NCBI GenBank assembly: GCA_963771075.1
Contig: CAVYSE010000011.1
Coordinates: 141,508-205,507, forward strand
DNA length: 64,000 nt
Direction of reading: 5' to 3'
DNA from: a candidate division FCPU426 bacterium
Lineage (GTDB): Bacteria > Oederibacteriota > Muellerivitia > Muellerivitales > Muellerivitaceae
In this document: in pieces, positions 7,661-17,486 of the stretch
Layout: each line of letters opens with the position of its first letter
Position numbering within the stretch: position 1 is the first letter of the stretch
The notes under the pieces: model-generated
The model's input: the letters and a program-made list of their open reading frames with translations, nothing else
What the model was told of the DNA's origin: nothing
Database searches by the model: none
Made by a program: the position numbers and the translations under genes

Positions 7661-9973
7661 TTATTTGAGATTGATCTTTTTTAAAATTTTCCTCAGTTGT
7701 TCATCCCCGAATTTACCCACCGAGAAACCCCCAATCCGGCTGAGGGGCATCTCATTAATAAAGGCCATCAAGGCTTTGGTGGCCTTCTCAATATCGGCTT
7801 TTTCACGGGCGGAAAGCTTCTTGCTTCTAGAATCCCTCCCAATCGCACCGGCCAAACCGGTCGCCTTCAACAAAAGTTCATAATAGGTTTTACCCTTGGA
7901 ATGCCGGGCCACATCTTTCATCATGGATTCGGTGGTTAAAGTCTGAACAAATGTTTTATTCCCCGTGATCTTTATTGATTTCTTTAGGGGCAGGTCACGG
8001 GAGGAAGACCCCACCAGAATGTCATAAATGCCAGGGTTTACCCTTCGCCGGTGCAGGGTCGAGTCCCAATAACCCAATGAGCTTTCAGGGATGTTGAAGG
8101 CCACCTTTTTGGATTGGGCAGGGTTCAAAAGGACTTTCGAAAAGGCCTTGAGTTCCTTGTTGGGTCTCGCGACCTCGGGATTTTGTTCCCGGGTGTAAAG
8201 CTGGACCACTTCCTTACCCGGCCTTTTTCCGGTGTTCTTGATAGTGGCTTCCACATGAATCATCCGGGCCTTGTATGAAACCCTGAGGCGGGAATAGGTG
8301 AAGGTGGTGTAACAAAGCCCGAATCCGAAGGGGAAGAGGGGCTCGATCTTGCGAATGTCATAGTGACGGTATCCCACAAAGATTCCCTCGCCGTAATTGG
8401 CTTGGCATCCTAAACCCGGGAACTCAGGATAGGCCGGAGTGTCCTCCAGTCTTTGGGGAAAGGTTTCAGCCAGTTTGCCGCAGGGATTTGCCCTTCCAAG
8501 GAGGATGTCGGCGATGGCCCCGCCACCCGCCTGGCCTCCCAACCAAGCTTCCAAAACGGCCTTTGACTTCGAGATCCAGGGCATGGAAACCGCCGAACCA
8601 TTCATCAAAACCACGACTAGATTGGGTTGGGACTTGGCGATTTCCTCGATCAGCTTTTGATGTCCGGGGGGGAGATCGAGAGTTTTCCGGTCAAAACCTT
8701 CTGATTCGTAGCTGTCCGGTAAGCCCACAAAGAGCAGGGCGATATCGCTTTGTTCCGCCATGCGGCGGGCTTGGGAAAGGAGGACAGGCGTAATCTCTCC
8801 CTCTGGTTTGTATCCCGGTGCGAAAGAGAACTCGATCTTGTCTCCGGCCATTTTGACCAACTCCTCATATGCGCAGTCCAATTTCGTGGCGTTCACTTGT
8901 GAACTGCCAGCACCCTGGAAGCGGGGTTCCTGGGCGAAGGCTCCGATGACGGCTATTTTTAAATTTTTGTTTGGATTAAGGGGAAGCAGTCCGCCCTCAT
9001 TCTTGAGCAAGACCATGCTTTCGGCGGCGGCGATCCTGGCCAATTGATGGTGAGAGTTTTTGTTATAGGAAGCGTTCATTTTGCGACCTTCGGAGGCTTT
9101 GAGGACCACGGCCAGCAATTGCGTGGCGGCTTCATTCAATTTTTCGGTTTGGAGGCCGCCCTTTTGAACCGCCCTGATGATCTTGTCCCGGTTGTAGGGC
9201 CCGCTGCCCGGCATTTCCAAGTTCAGCCCGGCCTGGATACCCTTGATTCGGTCTTTCACCGCTCCCCAATCGGAAACCACAAAGCCCTGGAAGCCCCATT
9301 CTTTTCTCAAGACCTGGTTCATCAACCATGCGTCTTCCGAAACCTGGACTTCGTTGAGCCTGTTATAGGAGCACATGACGGCATAGGGCTGAGCTTCCCT
9401 GATGGGAATCTCGAAGGCCCGCAGGTAAATCTCACGCAGGGTCCGCTCGTCGATATTGGAGCTGGAGGTCATGCGTTCGTATTCCTGATTGTTGGCGGCA
9501 TAATGTTTAAGGGTGGCTCCCACCCCTTCGCTTTGGACTCCCCGAACGTGGGCGGCGGCCATCTTGCCGGCCAAGAGCGGGTCCTCGGAAAAATACTCGA
9601 AGTTGCGCCCGCCCAAAGGCGACCTTTTCAGGTTGTTGCCGGGTCCGAGCAAAAGCTGGACATCATTGGCCTGGCACTCCCTCCCTAAGGCCGCGCCCAC
9701 TTGTCCCAGTAGGTCCGGGTCCCAGGAGGAAGCCAGGCAGGAGGCGGTGGGGAAGCAGGTGGCGGGCACGCTGGAGGTGATATCCGCGCCTGTTGCCTTG
9801 CGAAGGCCGTGGGGCCCGTCTGTCATAAAGATGGAGGGAATACCCAACCGATCGAAGGCGCAGGTCTTCCACCAGCCATCGCCGGTGAGGAAGGTGGCTT
9901 TTTCCTTGAGAGTCATCCGTCTTACCCGTTTTTTCGCTTTCGACACGTATGGATTATTTTTGGGAAGGTGCAA
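7661..9973 (-). CDS. Glycoside hydrolase family 3 beta-glucosidase (BglX-like) with an extended C-terminal tail
   Basis: GH3 N- and C-domains are present (GFVVSDWGAV, KHYAANNQE). About 110 extra C-terminal residues are rich in K/E. The start may be TTG 9973 or ATG 9916. Confidence 0.85.
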   Translation of the reverse strand: MHLPKNNPYVSKAKKRVRRMTLKEKATFLTGDGWWKTCAFDRLGIPSIFMTDGPHGLRKATGADITSSVPATCFPTASCLASSWDPDLLGQVGAALGRECQANDVQLLLGPGNNLKRSPLGGRNFEYFSEDPLLAGKMAAAHVRGVQSEGVGATLKHYAANNQEYERMTSSSNIDERTLREIYLRAFEIPIREAQPYAVMCSYNRLNEVQVSEDAWLMNQVLRKEWGFQGFVVSDWGAVKDRIKGIQAGLNLEMPGSGPYNRDKIIRAVQKGGLQTEKLNEAATQLLAVVLKASEGRKMNASYNKNSHHQLARIAAAESMVLLKNEGGLLPLNPNKNLKIAVIGAFAQEPRFQGAGSSQVNATKLDCAYEELVKMAGDKIEFSFAPGYKPEGEITPVLLSQARRMAEQSDIALLFVGLPDSYESEGFDRKTLDLPPGHQKLIEEIAKSQPNLVVVLMNGSAVSMPWISKSKAVLEAWLGGQAGGGAIADILLGRANPCGKLAETFPQRLEDTPAYPEFPGLGCQANYGEGIFVGYRHYDIRKIEPLFPFGFGLCYTTFTYSRLRVSYKARMIHVEATIKNTGKRPGKEVVQLYTREQNPEVARPNKELKAFSKVLLNPAQSKKVAFNIPESSLGYWDSTLHRRRVNPGIYDILVGSSSRDLPLKKSIKITGNKTFVQTLTTESMMKDVARHSKGKTYYELLLKATGLAGAIGRDSRSKKLSAREKADIEKATKALMAFINEMPLSRIGGFSVGKFGDEQLRKILKKINLK

Positions 9974-10086
9974 TTTTTATTCCTTGAGTAAGTTGAGTTG
10001 GGAAATTAAGCCGATATTTTACACGGAAGAGAGGAAGGGGCCAGCCACAACCCAGGATACGGATGCCTTTATTAGGTGGTACGGGG

Positions 10087-11757
10087 TTAATGGATCAATA
10101 TAACTTTTTTGATCTCACGGTCATTGGGAACGGTTAAGTAAATAATGTAAATGCCGCTGGCGCAAGGGTTATTGGCGTAGTTCGTACCGTCCCAAGGGGG
10201 GCCGGGATAGGTGATGGGCTTAGAGGCGATTTGATCGGGAACCAGGGCTTTCACGAACTCTCCGGCGGAGTTGTAAATCTTTAAGGAATAGGGCCCTGGG
10301 AAGAGGCTGTATCCCACGAGGATGGAAAGGGGGCCTTGGGAGGGTTTAAAGACATTTTGGCTCACGTAAAAGCGGTCGGTATAGGGAATGGTCGCGGTGG
10401 GGGACAATGTGATCGTGGGTGTTAGGGTAATAGTCGGGGTCAAGGTGATGGTGGGCGTTAGGGTGATGGTGGGAGTTGAAGTATGGGTCGGGGTTAAGGT
10501 TTGGGTGGGGGTGTAGGTGGGAGTGGAGGTTTGAGTGGGGGTAAAGGTGTAGGTGGGAGTGGGTGTGACCGTAAGGGTAAGGGTGACCGTGGGCGAAAGG
10601 GTGATGGTAGGAGTCGGAGTGACGGTGAAGGTGTAGGTGAGGGTGGGTGTAAAGGTGGGCGTGGGCGTGATCGTCTGGGTGTTGGTTGGAACGCAATTGC
10701 CCGAAACGGGCAGGGCCACGGTGACAGGTGCGGAATTTGAACTGCCCCAACTTACCCCGGCGGCATTGAAGATGGAGCAGGGTGAGCCTTGAACCGTATT
10801 TAAATCGGCCAGGTAGTCCATCACAGTGACGCAAGCGCCATTGCCGCCGAAACCGAGCGGAAATTCGAAATCCATCGAGGATCCAATTTGCTGGGTGGAA
10901 TACATTTGGGAGGGCGGGCTGTAGCTGAGCCATGGCCCTTGGTACCCGCCAGTGGAAGCCAAGTTCTGGTCCCAAACCGTGACGGGGCCGTTGACGGGCG
11001 CTCCGCTGTTGCACACCACGAGGGTATAGGGCTCATTAGGGGTGTCGTTGGATTGGGGATAGGAAGAAAACCCCGGGATCAACTGGACGGAAAAGGTGGG
11101 AGGCGTGTAGGGGACCGGATTTAAATTAAAGGTCCCCAGGTAATAAAGATTTTGAAGGGCATTGGTGGCGGTTCCCGATGAGTTGAGGGAAGAGTCGGGC
11201 TGGATTTGGCCCGTCTCAGGGTTGTACATGGGTTGCAACCATGGGTCGTCCCCTGCGGCCACGGTGACTGGCAGGGTCGTGAAATATTCGGCGCTGACCG
11301 CGGCGGAATAATTGGGTGAATACCAGGGGTTGCCCGACCCATCCAGGGTGGGTGGGGCCGAGGCGGAAACGTCGTTGTACATCATGTAGCCCGGGTCGGT
11401 ATTGGAAAAATAAGCGTGGGAACCGCTGGCGCAGGCGACGTCAATGACCCAGGCGGCCTGTAGTGAAATCAGGGACGTGTTAAGGTTCTCAACGGCGACC
11501 GTATTGGAACCCGTGTTGAAATAACCTGCAGGGATGGGGAAAGTGGGAGGGACCCCGGGAGCGGTGACGAAGGTGACGGGCCCGATCGGGCCGTTCCCAT
11601 TGACCCAAACATCCATGATGTCATCGGCGGAGCCGTAGAGGGTGGCGGCGGAGGGGGAACAGGTTTGTGCCCAAGCGCTTACCGAGAAGCCCAAAAGGGA
11701 CCAAGCGATGAGCAGGATCGGTAAGGCTTTCTTAAGGGAGTTTGAAATCTTGTTCAA
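10087..11757 (-). CDS. Secreted Cys-containing protein with a long Thr-Pro-rich linker and a C-terminal por-secretion-type (TIGR04183/FlgD-Ig-like) sorting domain
   Basis: Signal peptide, then about 100 aa of TPTxT repeats. The C-terminus FYVSQNVFKPSQGPLSILVGYSL...LKIYNSAGEFVKAL...GIYIIYLTV...KKVILI matches the por_Secre_tail pattern. Starts at TTG. Confidence 0.7.
   Translation of the reverse strand: MNKISNSLKKALPILLIAWSLLGFSVSAWAQTCSPSAATLYGSADDIMDVWVNGNGPIGPVTFVTAPGVPPTFPIPAGYFNTGSNTVAVENLNTSLISLQAAWVIDVACASGSHAYFSNTDPGYMMYNDVSASAPPTLDGSGNPWYSPNYSAAVSAEYFTTLPVTVAAGDDPWLQPMYNPETGQIQPDSSLNSSGTATNALQNLYYLGTFNLNPVPYTPPTFSVQLIPGFSSYPQSNDTPNEPYTLVVCNSGAPVNGPVTVWDQNLASTGGYQGPWLSYSPPSQMYSTQQIGSSMDFEFPLGFGGNGACVTVMDYLADLNTVQGSPCSIFNAAGVSWGSSNSAPVTVALPVSGNCVPTNTQTITPTPTFTPTLTYTFTVTPTPTITLSPTVTLTLTVTPTPTYTFTPTQTSTPTYTPTQTLTPTHTSTPTITLTPTITLTPTITLTPTITLSPTATIPYTDRFYVSQNVFKPSQGPLSILVGYSLFPGPYSLKIYNSAGEFVKALVPDQIASKPITYPGPPWDGTNYANNPCASGIYIIYLTVPNDREIKKVILIH
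10395..10700. repeat. Degenerate tandem 9/18-nt repeats (GGT-rich on plus strand) encoding the TPTITL-type linker
   Basis: Repeated GGTGATGGTGGG / GGTGTAGGTGGGAGT units are visible. The alternative-frame His-rich ORF (10346-11014) is an artefact of this repeat. Confidence 0.7.
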
Positions 11758-11925
11758 TCGGGTCTTCCCTTCGACATTGAATGATTCGATCGGCCGGGCG
11801 CTTTGTAAAAATACACCCTTATCCCGAAAGAGTTAAGGGAGATAGGGTATTTTTTAGGGAGGGAAATGAAAGCCCTTTTCTGGGAATGGACCCGGAGTTT
11901 GGCTTGGATTGAGCGGGACTCGGGG

Positions 11926-12388
11926 TTATTCCCTAGGCTTGGCCCAGCCAAGGTGGTTGGCCATGTGAAGGGCGGTCAAGGTGGTCCATTGCTCCTTGTT
12001 CATCTTTCCGAAGAAGGGATGTTCGGCCCAGGGTCCCTTGTGTTTTTCAAACGCGTCGAGGGTTTTTCGTAGGGCCGCCAAGGCCGTCATTTCGTCCCCT
12101 TCGATTTTTTCGGCCTTTAAGCTTTTATCCGACGAACCTACTCTCGGGGGAATAAAACCTTGGCGAAATACTTTTTTTAAACCGATGGGACCGATCAAGC
12201 GGCGCATCCACCAGGCCCCCAAGGAAGGGAAGGAAGTCATGCATGGATTGGGAACCCTTGTTGAGGTGGGTGAGGATTTGGTAATAGGACCAGTTTCCGA
12301 TCGTGACGACTGGCACTTTTTCCAGCCGGTCCAGTTCGGCCCGCGCCTCGTTCAATGTCTTGAACCTCAATTCGCGCCTCACGCCCAT
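11926..12388 (-). pseudogene. DUF1569 family paralog disrupted by a frameshift (two overlapping ORFs, 12125-12388 and 11926-12240)
   Basis: The N-terminal half (MGVRRELRFKTLNEARAELDRLEK...GNWSYYQILTHL) and the C-terminal half (...ALHMANHLGWAKP) each align to the intact neighbour at 12400-12867 but lie in different frames. The shift is near 12230-12250. Confidence 0.6.
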
Positions 12389-12399
12389 GTTGGGTCTCC

Positions 12400-12867
12400 T
12401 TATTTAATTACGGTCGGTTCGGACTGGTTCGTCGGCCTGACCCAACCGAGGTGGTTGGCCATGTGAAAGGAATGGAACAGACACCATTTCTTCTTGTCAA
12501 AGGTGCCTAAGCGGGGGTGGTCACTGAAGGGGCCTTGGTGGTTCTCAAAGTCATCAAGAGCTTTGAGCAATTGGGTCAGGGCGGCCTTTTCATCCCCCTC
12601 CACCCGTTCGATTTTGGGCCCTTGGATCCCCGCCTGGATATAGCCTTTCAATACCGTATCCCAATAACCGATGGGCCCATAAACATGTCTTTTCCACCAT
12701 GGCATTTCCCGTCTGATTCCCTTCATGGATCCCTCGGTCGCCCTCGCCAGGTGATTCAGGATTTGAAAATATGACCAGTTGCCGAAAGTTTCCACCGGGC
12801 CCTTCTCCAGGCGGGATAGTTCGGCCCGGGCGTCATCTATATTTTTAAACCTCAATTCACGCCTCAT
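12400..12867 (-). CDS. DUF1569 family protein (DinB_2-like four-helix bundle)
   Basis: MRRELRFKNIDDARAELSRLEK...GNWSYFQILNHLA...FHMANHLGW is the DUF1569 signature. Overlaps the rsm-like gene end by 11 nt, which is operon-like. Confidence 0.7.
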   Translation of the reverse strand: MRRELRFKNIDDARAELSRLEKGPVETFGNWSYFQILNHLARATEGSMKGIRREMPWWKRHVYGPIGYWDTVLKGYIQAGIQGPKIERVEGDEKAALTQLLKALDDFENHQGPFSDHPRLGTFDKKKWCLFHSFHMANHLGWVRPTNQSEPTVIK

Positions 12868-13876
12868 GGGGACCTTCCTTATTTTGTTTGCCGCCGCTCC
12901 AAGGTTCCGGAGTGGGTATCGAAGCCGTCTTTTTGAGCTTGGCCGCGTAAAATCCTTCCACGTCAGGGGTGGGAAGGATGCGGACGGAATTTACCACCTG
13001 GGGGAAGAATTTCAAATCCCCCCAACCCGGCAATCCTTGGGTATGTAAAGGCAGGGGGTTGGGGATCTTTTCCACTTTCAGCGATTCTCCATAAGTATCC
13101 AAGGCCCATTGAAGGACTCCCTCGTTTTCCTCGGGCGAGAAGGTACAGGTGGAATAGACCAGGGTCCCGCCGACCTTCAGGGAAAGTACCGCCGATTTAA
13201 ATAGCCGCCTTTGGAGTTTGGCCATCTTTCGGTTTGTGTCTTCCTTCCAATAGCCGTAGGTGGAGGGAATGTCAACGCGGAACCGTCCCTCCGAACTGCA
13301 GGGCGCGTCCAACAGAACCCGGTCGTAAGCCTCAAAATGATTTTTCCAAACCAAGCCGCCATCTCCAGGGGGCAGCAGGTCCACGTTCAAGGCGCCCTGT
13401 CGATCCAGGTTGGCCCTTAATTTCTCGAGGCGAATGGGGTTTTCGTCGTTGGCGGTTACGACTCCCTCGTTTTTCATCAGGCATGAGAGCTGGGTGGTTT
13501 TGCTTCCAGGGGCGGCGGCTAAATCGAGGACCTTCTCACCAGGCTGGGGATCGAGTATCAAGGAAGGGATCATGCTTGAAAGGCCCTGGATGTAGATCAT
13601 TCCCTTTTTATAAAGAACGGTTTTTTCCAGGTCTTTTTGGGCCCCTTTACGAAGGATAAAGGCGTCCGGATACCACATGACGTTTTCCACCTTGAAGCCC
13701 TCCGGCTCCAACTGTTCCTTCAGTTCGCGGGAAAAACCTTTGAGGCTATTCACCCGGAAGGTGCAGGGTTTCTCCTGTGAAAAGGTCTTGAGAACCTTAT
13801 CCCAACTGGGGATGGGGACGATTTTCCGCAGTTTCTCAATGAAGAGATCAGGCAATTTGCGGGGAGAGTTGCCCAT
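12857..13876 (-). CDS. RsmB/RsmF (NOL1/NOP2/Sun) family rRNA cytosine-C5 methyltransferase
   Basis: SAM-binding motif VLDLAAAPGSKTTQL, catalytic DAPCSSEG and the TC motif YSTCTFSPEENE are present. Confidence 0.8.
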   Translation of the reverse strand: MGNSPRKLPDLFIEKLRKIVPIPSWDKVLKTFSQEKPCTFRVNSLKGFSRELKEQLEPEGFKVENVMWYPDAFILRKGAQKDLEKTVLYKKGMIYIQGLSSMIPSLILDPQPGEKVLDLAAAPGSKTTQLSCLMKNEGVVTANDENPIRLEKLRANLDRQGALNVDLLPPGDGGLVWKNHFEAYDRVLLDAPCSSEGRFRVDIPSTYGYWKEDTNRKMAKLQRRLFKSAVLSLKVGGTLVYSTCTFSPEENEGVLQWALDTYGESLKVEKIPNPLPLHTQGLPGWGDLKFFPQVVNSVRILPTPDVEGFYAAKLKKTASIPTPEPWSGGKQNKEGPHEA

Positions 13877-13917
13877 TGTTTTCTTAAATTCCGATCAGGG
13901 ATTTGAAACGCAGGCGT

Positions 13918-14622
13918 TTACCAGGGAAGGTTCAAAGCGTCCGAAAGAAAACGCATCAGAGGAGAGGCGGCCACGCAGCTTTCGACGAAATTCTCAAGAA
14001 AATGCGGCGACCCGGCCTGTTTCTCATCGAATTGGGTGAAGAAGGTGAAATCCTTGTATTTCAAATAACTGATCAATTCATGGTTGGGATCATAGCCCTT
14101 GGGTGGGCGTTTAAGCTGCTCGCCTTCAAAATGGCAAAGCTTCTTGAATTTCTTGTCGGCCATCACCGCCTTCCATTTCGAGGGATGGTGGGCGATGGAA
14201 TCGCGGATTTGGCTGAGCACCGGGGCTTCGGGGCGCCAGATGCCGCCGCCGCTGAAGACCTCTCCTGGCTGGAGTTGAATGTAGTATCCGGGAGTATGGA
14301 CGTCCTTGTTCCTTGTGGTTGGGAAATGAGCGGCCGCGTGAGTTTTGTAGGGCGTCTTGTCTTTCGAGAACCGCGTGTCCCGGTAGATCCGGAACATGGA
14401 ACCGCCGGTGGGGCTGTTATCCGCGATGATTCCCGGGCTGATCTTGCGCAGGCTGGGGCCGACATCGCCTATGAAGTCCAACAGGGGATTACGAACCAGG
14501 GTTTCCCAGCGTTCTTTGTTGGCCTGAAACCAGTGTCTTTCGTTGTGGGCCTTGAGATCCCTCAAGAACTTGAAAAAGGAAGGAGGGAAGTAGACGCGGG
14601 GCGCGGGGTTAATGGGTGCCAT
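13918..14622 (-). CDS. DUF2461 (TIGR02453) family protein
   Basis: The conserved block IYRDTRFSKDKTPYKTH is present, and the overall length is about 230 aa. Confidence 0.7.
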   Translation of the reverse strand: MAPINPAPRVYFPPSFFKFLRDLKAHNERHWFQANKERWETLVRNPLLDFIGDVGPSLRKISPGIIADNSPTGGSMFRIYRDTRFSKDKTPYKTHAAAHFPTTRNKDVHTPGYYIQLQPGEVFSGGGIWRPEAPVLSQIRDSIAHHPSKWKAVMADKKFKKLCHFEGEQLKRPPKGYDPNHELISYLKYKDFTFFTQFDEKQAGSPHFLENFVESCVAASPLMRFLSDALNLPW

Positions 14623-14643
14623 AGTTTCTTGAGAAATGTTCGG

Positions 14644-14859
14644 TCAGGGTGATTGCATCATTTTTTTGGGGCGGACCCAGAGGGCGATTTCGTCCACGGC
14701 CCAGATCTCATCCGGCATGTCGTTCTTGATAAAGACCCGGACATATTTTTTGGGATGGGACAAGGAAGAGCCTATTTCCTTAACGTTAAGTACGGTTCCA
14801 ACTTTGCGGGTCAAAAGGTTGAATACCTCGTCATTGGCTTCGAAATCGGTTACGGCCAT
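14644..14859 (-). CDS. Small hypothetical protein (71 aa)
   Basis: RBS AGGAGA lies 4 nt before ATG 14859. The ORF tiles exactly into the gap upstream of DUF2461. No family recognised. Confidence 0.45.
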   Translation of the reverse strand: MAVTDFEANDEVFNLLTRKVGTVLNVKEIGSSLSHPKKYVRVFIKNDMPDEIWAVDEIALWVRPKKMMQSP

Positions 14860-14920
14860 GGCATCTCCTGTTCACTCACCCGCGATTATTGTACAGGGCG
14901 AAGGACGGATGGATGAAAAT

Positions 14921-14965
14921 AAAAAAGGCCGGGGGTTGAGGACCCCGACCTTTCTTTACGATCGT
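14921..14965 (-). terminator. Rho-independent terminator downstream of the yceI-like gene
   Basis: On the minus strand: GGTCGGGG-loop-CCCCCGGCC stem followed by TTTTTTATTTT. Confidence 0.5.
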
Positions 14966-14970
14966 TCCGG

Positions 14971-15612
14971 TTAATTTTTAGGAGCATCCTTGGGCTTGGG
15001 GGCGTTTTTCATCATTTCCGCCGCCTTGGTCTTGTCCAACCCCGTGATGTCCAGTTGGATGGTCACGTCATTACCGACCATGAGGTTACCCCCGGCCGTG
15101 ACCTTGTCCTTGCCCCAAACCAGGCCGAAATCCCGGCGGTCGATCTTGGTGGTCGCGGAGAAAGCCACAATGGGCGTCCCCATCATCTCATCCGAACCCA
15201 GGTAGTCCACGTCCAGGGTGACCGATTTGGTCACGCCGTGGAGGGTCAAATCGCCCACCACTGAATATTTTTGATCTCCGGCGGCGGATACTTTTTTTCC
15301 CACGAAAGTGATCGTTGGATTTTTGGCCACATCGAAAAAGTCGGGGGATTTCAAATGGCCGTCCCTTTTGTCAATTCCCGTATTGATGCTGTCAACCTGG
15401 ATGGTCACGTTGACCTTGGATTTCTCGGGGTTCTTCACGTCAAAAGAGAAACCGCCGTCGTAATCCTTAAATTCCCCAGGAACTTTCCCCAGGATATGGG
15501 AAACGGAGAAACCGACGTGGGAATGGGCCTTATCAAAGATATACTCGGTGGCTCTTAAGGGGGTTAAAGCCAGCAAACTTAGCGTCAGAACGGCTAAAAA
15601 CAGCTTTTTCAT
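14971..15612 (-). CDS. YceI-family periplasmic polyisoprenoid-binding protein
   Basis: Signal peptide followed by YceI-like beta-barrel motifs (HSHVGFSVSH..., INTGIDKRDGHLKSPDFFD). Confidence 0.8.
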   Translation of the reverse strand: MKKLFLAVLTLSLLALTPLRATEYIFDKAHSHVGFSVSHILGKVPGEFKDYDGGFSFDVKNPEKSKVNVTIQVDSINTGIDKRDGHLKSPDFFDVAKNPTITFVGKKVSAAGDQKYSVVGDLTLHGVTKSVTLDVDYLGSDEMMGTPIVAFSATTKIDRRDFGLVWGKDKVTAGGNLMVGNDVTIQLDITGLDKTKAAEMMKNAPKPKDAPKN

Positions 15613-15769
15613 TTTTAATCTCCTTGGTTGATTTGAACTTGAAGTGGTTTTAATATAAGAAAAGCATTACTAAAAGAAAGTAGGTTCCTGACGGAAACTA
15701 AAGGGTTTTTGATTTGTCAGGGCCGATATTTTCATTGTTTTTAATGATAATTTCAAGGGAGGGGGCCCC

Positions 15770-16215
15770 ATGATTCGACATAGAGCCAATAAATCCGGGC
15801 CCGCACCCCAAAGTTGCCCCTTGGAGGCCAGTTTGAAGCTTTTGGCCGGGGCCTGGACCCCTAAAATTCTATGGTATTTAAGGTCCGAACCCCGCCGTTT
15901 CGGGGATTTAAAACGAGATTTGGGGAGTATTTCAGCCAAGGTTTTGACGACTCGGCTCCGTGAATTGGAAAAAAGGGGGGTTTTGACCCGGACGGTCATG
16001 CCTACCTCCCCCCCACCGTGGAATATGCCCTCACCGCATTGGGGCACAAGATGGGCCCAGTATTGGATTCAATCGCGGATGTCGGTAAAGAGATCTCCAA
16101 AGAAAAACCTGTAACCGAAAACGACAAGACTCAAGCGCAAAGGAAAGAAACTTTTATTAAGGTTAGCGATATTGGTTGGGATGTGGCCAAAACCAGGGAA
16201 ATGCCGATCGTTTAA
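15770..16215 (+). pseudogene. HxlR-family transcriptional regulator interrupted by a frameshift at a C7 homopolymer (16005-16011)
   Basis: The N-terminal part (CPLEASLKLLAGAWTPKILWYL...FGDLKRDLGSISAKVLTTRLRELEKRGVLTRTV) is HxlR-like. The expected continuation VEYALTALGHKMGPVLD lies in the +1 frame (ORF 16018-16215). Adding one C in the C7 run restores a single ~147-aa protein. Confidence 0.65.
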
Positions 16216-16235
16216 ATAGTGTTTCAAGCCGTATA

Positions 16236-16268
16236 AGCCGGCATCCTTTAAAGGGTGCCGACTTTTTT
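16236..16268 (+). terminator. Candidate terminator after the hxlR-like gene
   Basis: GGCATCC-tttaaa-GGGTGCC imperfect stem followed by GACTTTTTTTTATG. Confidence 0.4.
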
Positions 16269-17486
16269 TTATGGGTCATGCTGAAAAACGACCGGTTTGG
16301 AGGGTTTGTCGATGACTTGAATGGCCCAAGGCGTAGTAATAACCTGAAAGTGATACGAAGATAATTCTTCGATTTGGTAATGGACGATCAAGCGGTCGGT
16401 TCTGTCCTCCAACTTTAAAAGCCGAATGCGATATGCGCCATTCGGGGTTTGACCGTCTCCTAAAAGCACTACCGCTTGTTTTGAAAAATCTACTGGGGGC
16501 AGATCTTTTCCAGGCTGAAGTTTCATCCAATAATTCTTAAATGTTTCTTCGTCCGATAAAAGGATGGATTCGCCGCTCCCGCCGTCACTACCGCTCCAAC
16601 TTTGGGAAGGGAAGCCACCTGAAGTCGTTAAGGGAGCAAATTCGGATGGGGCGGGAGGGACGCCGGATTGAATCGCGCCGACAATGTTGTTCGCTGGAAC
16701 GGAAGCGGCCATGACCGTTGAAGCAACGCCCTTCTTCATCGCGAGTCTTGATCGGTTTTGATCATTCATTTCGAAAAGAGTTTCATCCGAAAGTGATTGC
16801 GCCGATTCGCGGGAGGGAGATGCCTCTAATCTTGAACCTGCCAGCGAGGAAAGGTCTTGGGTTTTGGAAGTTGCCCCCGTGGATCCGTTTCCCCCAAAGG
16901 GCTTTGCGGCGGGAACATTGGCCTGGGCCAACATTTTATTTGCCCCTAGGTTCATTCCGACCGATTGCTGTTGGATGGGTGTGTTCTGAATCGAGATATC
17001 TTTAGCTGGATTGGATTCGACTTTATACCTATTCGCGGATTTCGTTCCAAGACGGGGTTCCGAAGGGGAGGACTCTATTTTTTTAAAGGCAGCCTGGTCC
17101 GTAGGTTTGTCATAAATAGATGATGAAAAAGAAGTCTTTTCATTTGGCCTCATCACGTCCGGGTATTGAATTAGGAAAAAGAGGGTCAGGCAGGCCGCGA
17201 TTGCCAACCCAATAGCAGGGAATCGCCATTGAGATTTCTTCGCCGTTAAACCGAGGGAATTCTCATGAAGCCGTGTCATGATCCTTTCATGCAAATCCCT
17301 GGGAGGTTGGGGTTCGGGCGGGGAAGACATAGATTTGTGTAATTGATCATAAGCTTCTAGCTCGCCCTGGGCTTCGGCGCAAGTTTTCAGGTGGGTTTCG
17401 ACTTGTTTTTGTTGCGCGGGGGTTAAACCTTTTTCCCGGTAGAGCGCCAAAAGCGGATGAATTTTCCCGCAGTTCTTCATAACCAA
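16269..17486 (-). CDS. Anti-sigma factor (zf-HC2-like N-terminus, single TM, S/P-rich linker, uncharacterised C-terminal domain)
   Basis: The N-terminus CGKIHPLLALY...HLKTCAEAQ resembles zf-HC2 anti-sigma factors. One TM helix (AIGLAIAACLTLFFLI). Its start overlaps the stop of the ECF sigma gene. Confidence 0.6.
   Translation of the reverse strand: MVMKNCGKIHPLLALYREKGLTPAQQKQVETHLKTCAEAQGELEAYDQLHKSMSSPPEPQPPRDLHERIMTRLHENSLGLTAKKSQWRFPAIGLAIAACLTLFFLIQYPDVMRPNEKTSFSSSIYDKPTDQAAFKKIESSPSEPRLGTKSANRYKVESNPAKDISIQNTPIQQQSVGMNLGANKMLAQANVPAAKPFGGNGSTGATSKTQDLSSLAGSRLEASPSRESAQSLSDETLFEMNDQNRSRLAMKKGVASTVMAASVPANNIVGAIQSGVPPAPSEFAPLTTSGGFPSQSWSGSDGGSGESILLSDEETFKNYWMKLQPGKDLPPVDFSKQAVVLLGDGQTPNGAYRIRLLKLEDRTDRLIVHYQIEELSSYHFQVITTPWAIQVIDKPSKPVVFQHDP

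Noticed and set aside
10380-10720. Possible CRISPR-like periodicity
   Set aside because: The repeats are contiguous 9-18-nt coding repeats with no spacers. They lie inside an ORF and are not a CRISPR array.
10346-11014. 222-aa His-rich ORF (HxHxH repeats)
   Set aside because: It is an alternative frame of the GGT-rich tandem repeat that encodes the Thr-Pro linker. It is a repeat artefact, not a metal-binding protein.
13903-14652. 249-aa plus-strand ORF
   Set aside because: It is antisense to DUF2461, which contains the conserved IYRDTRFSKDKTPYK block.
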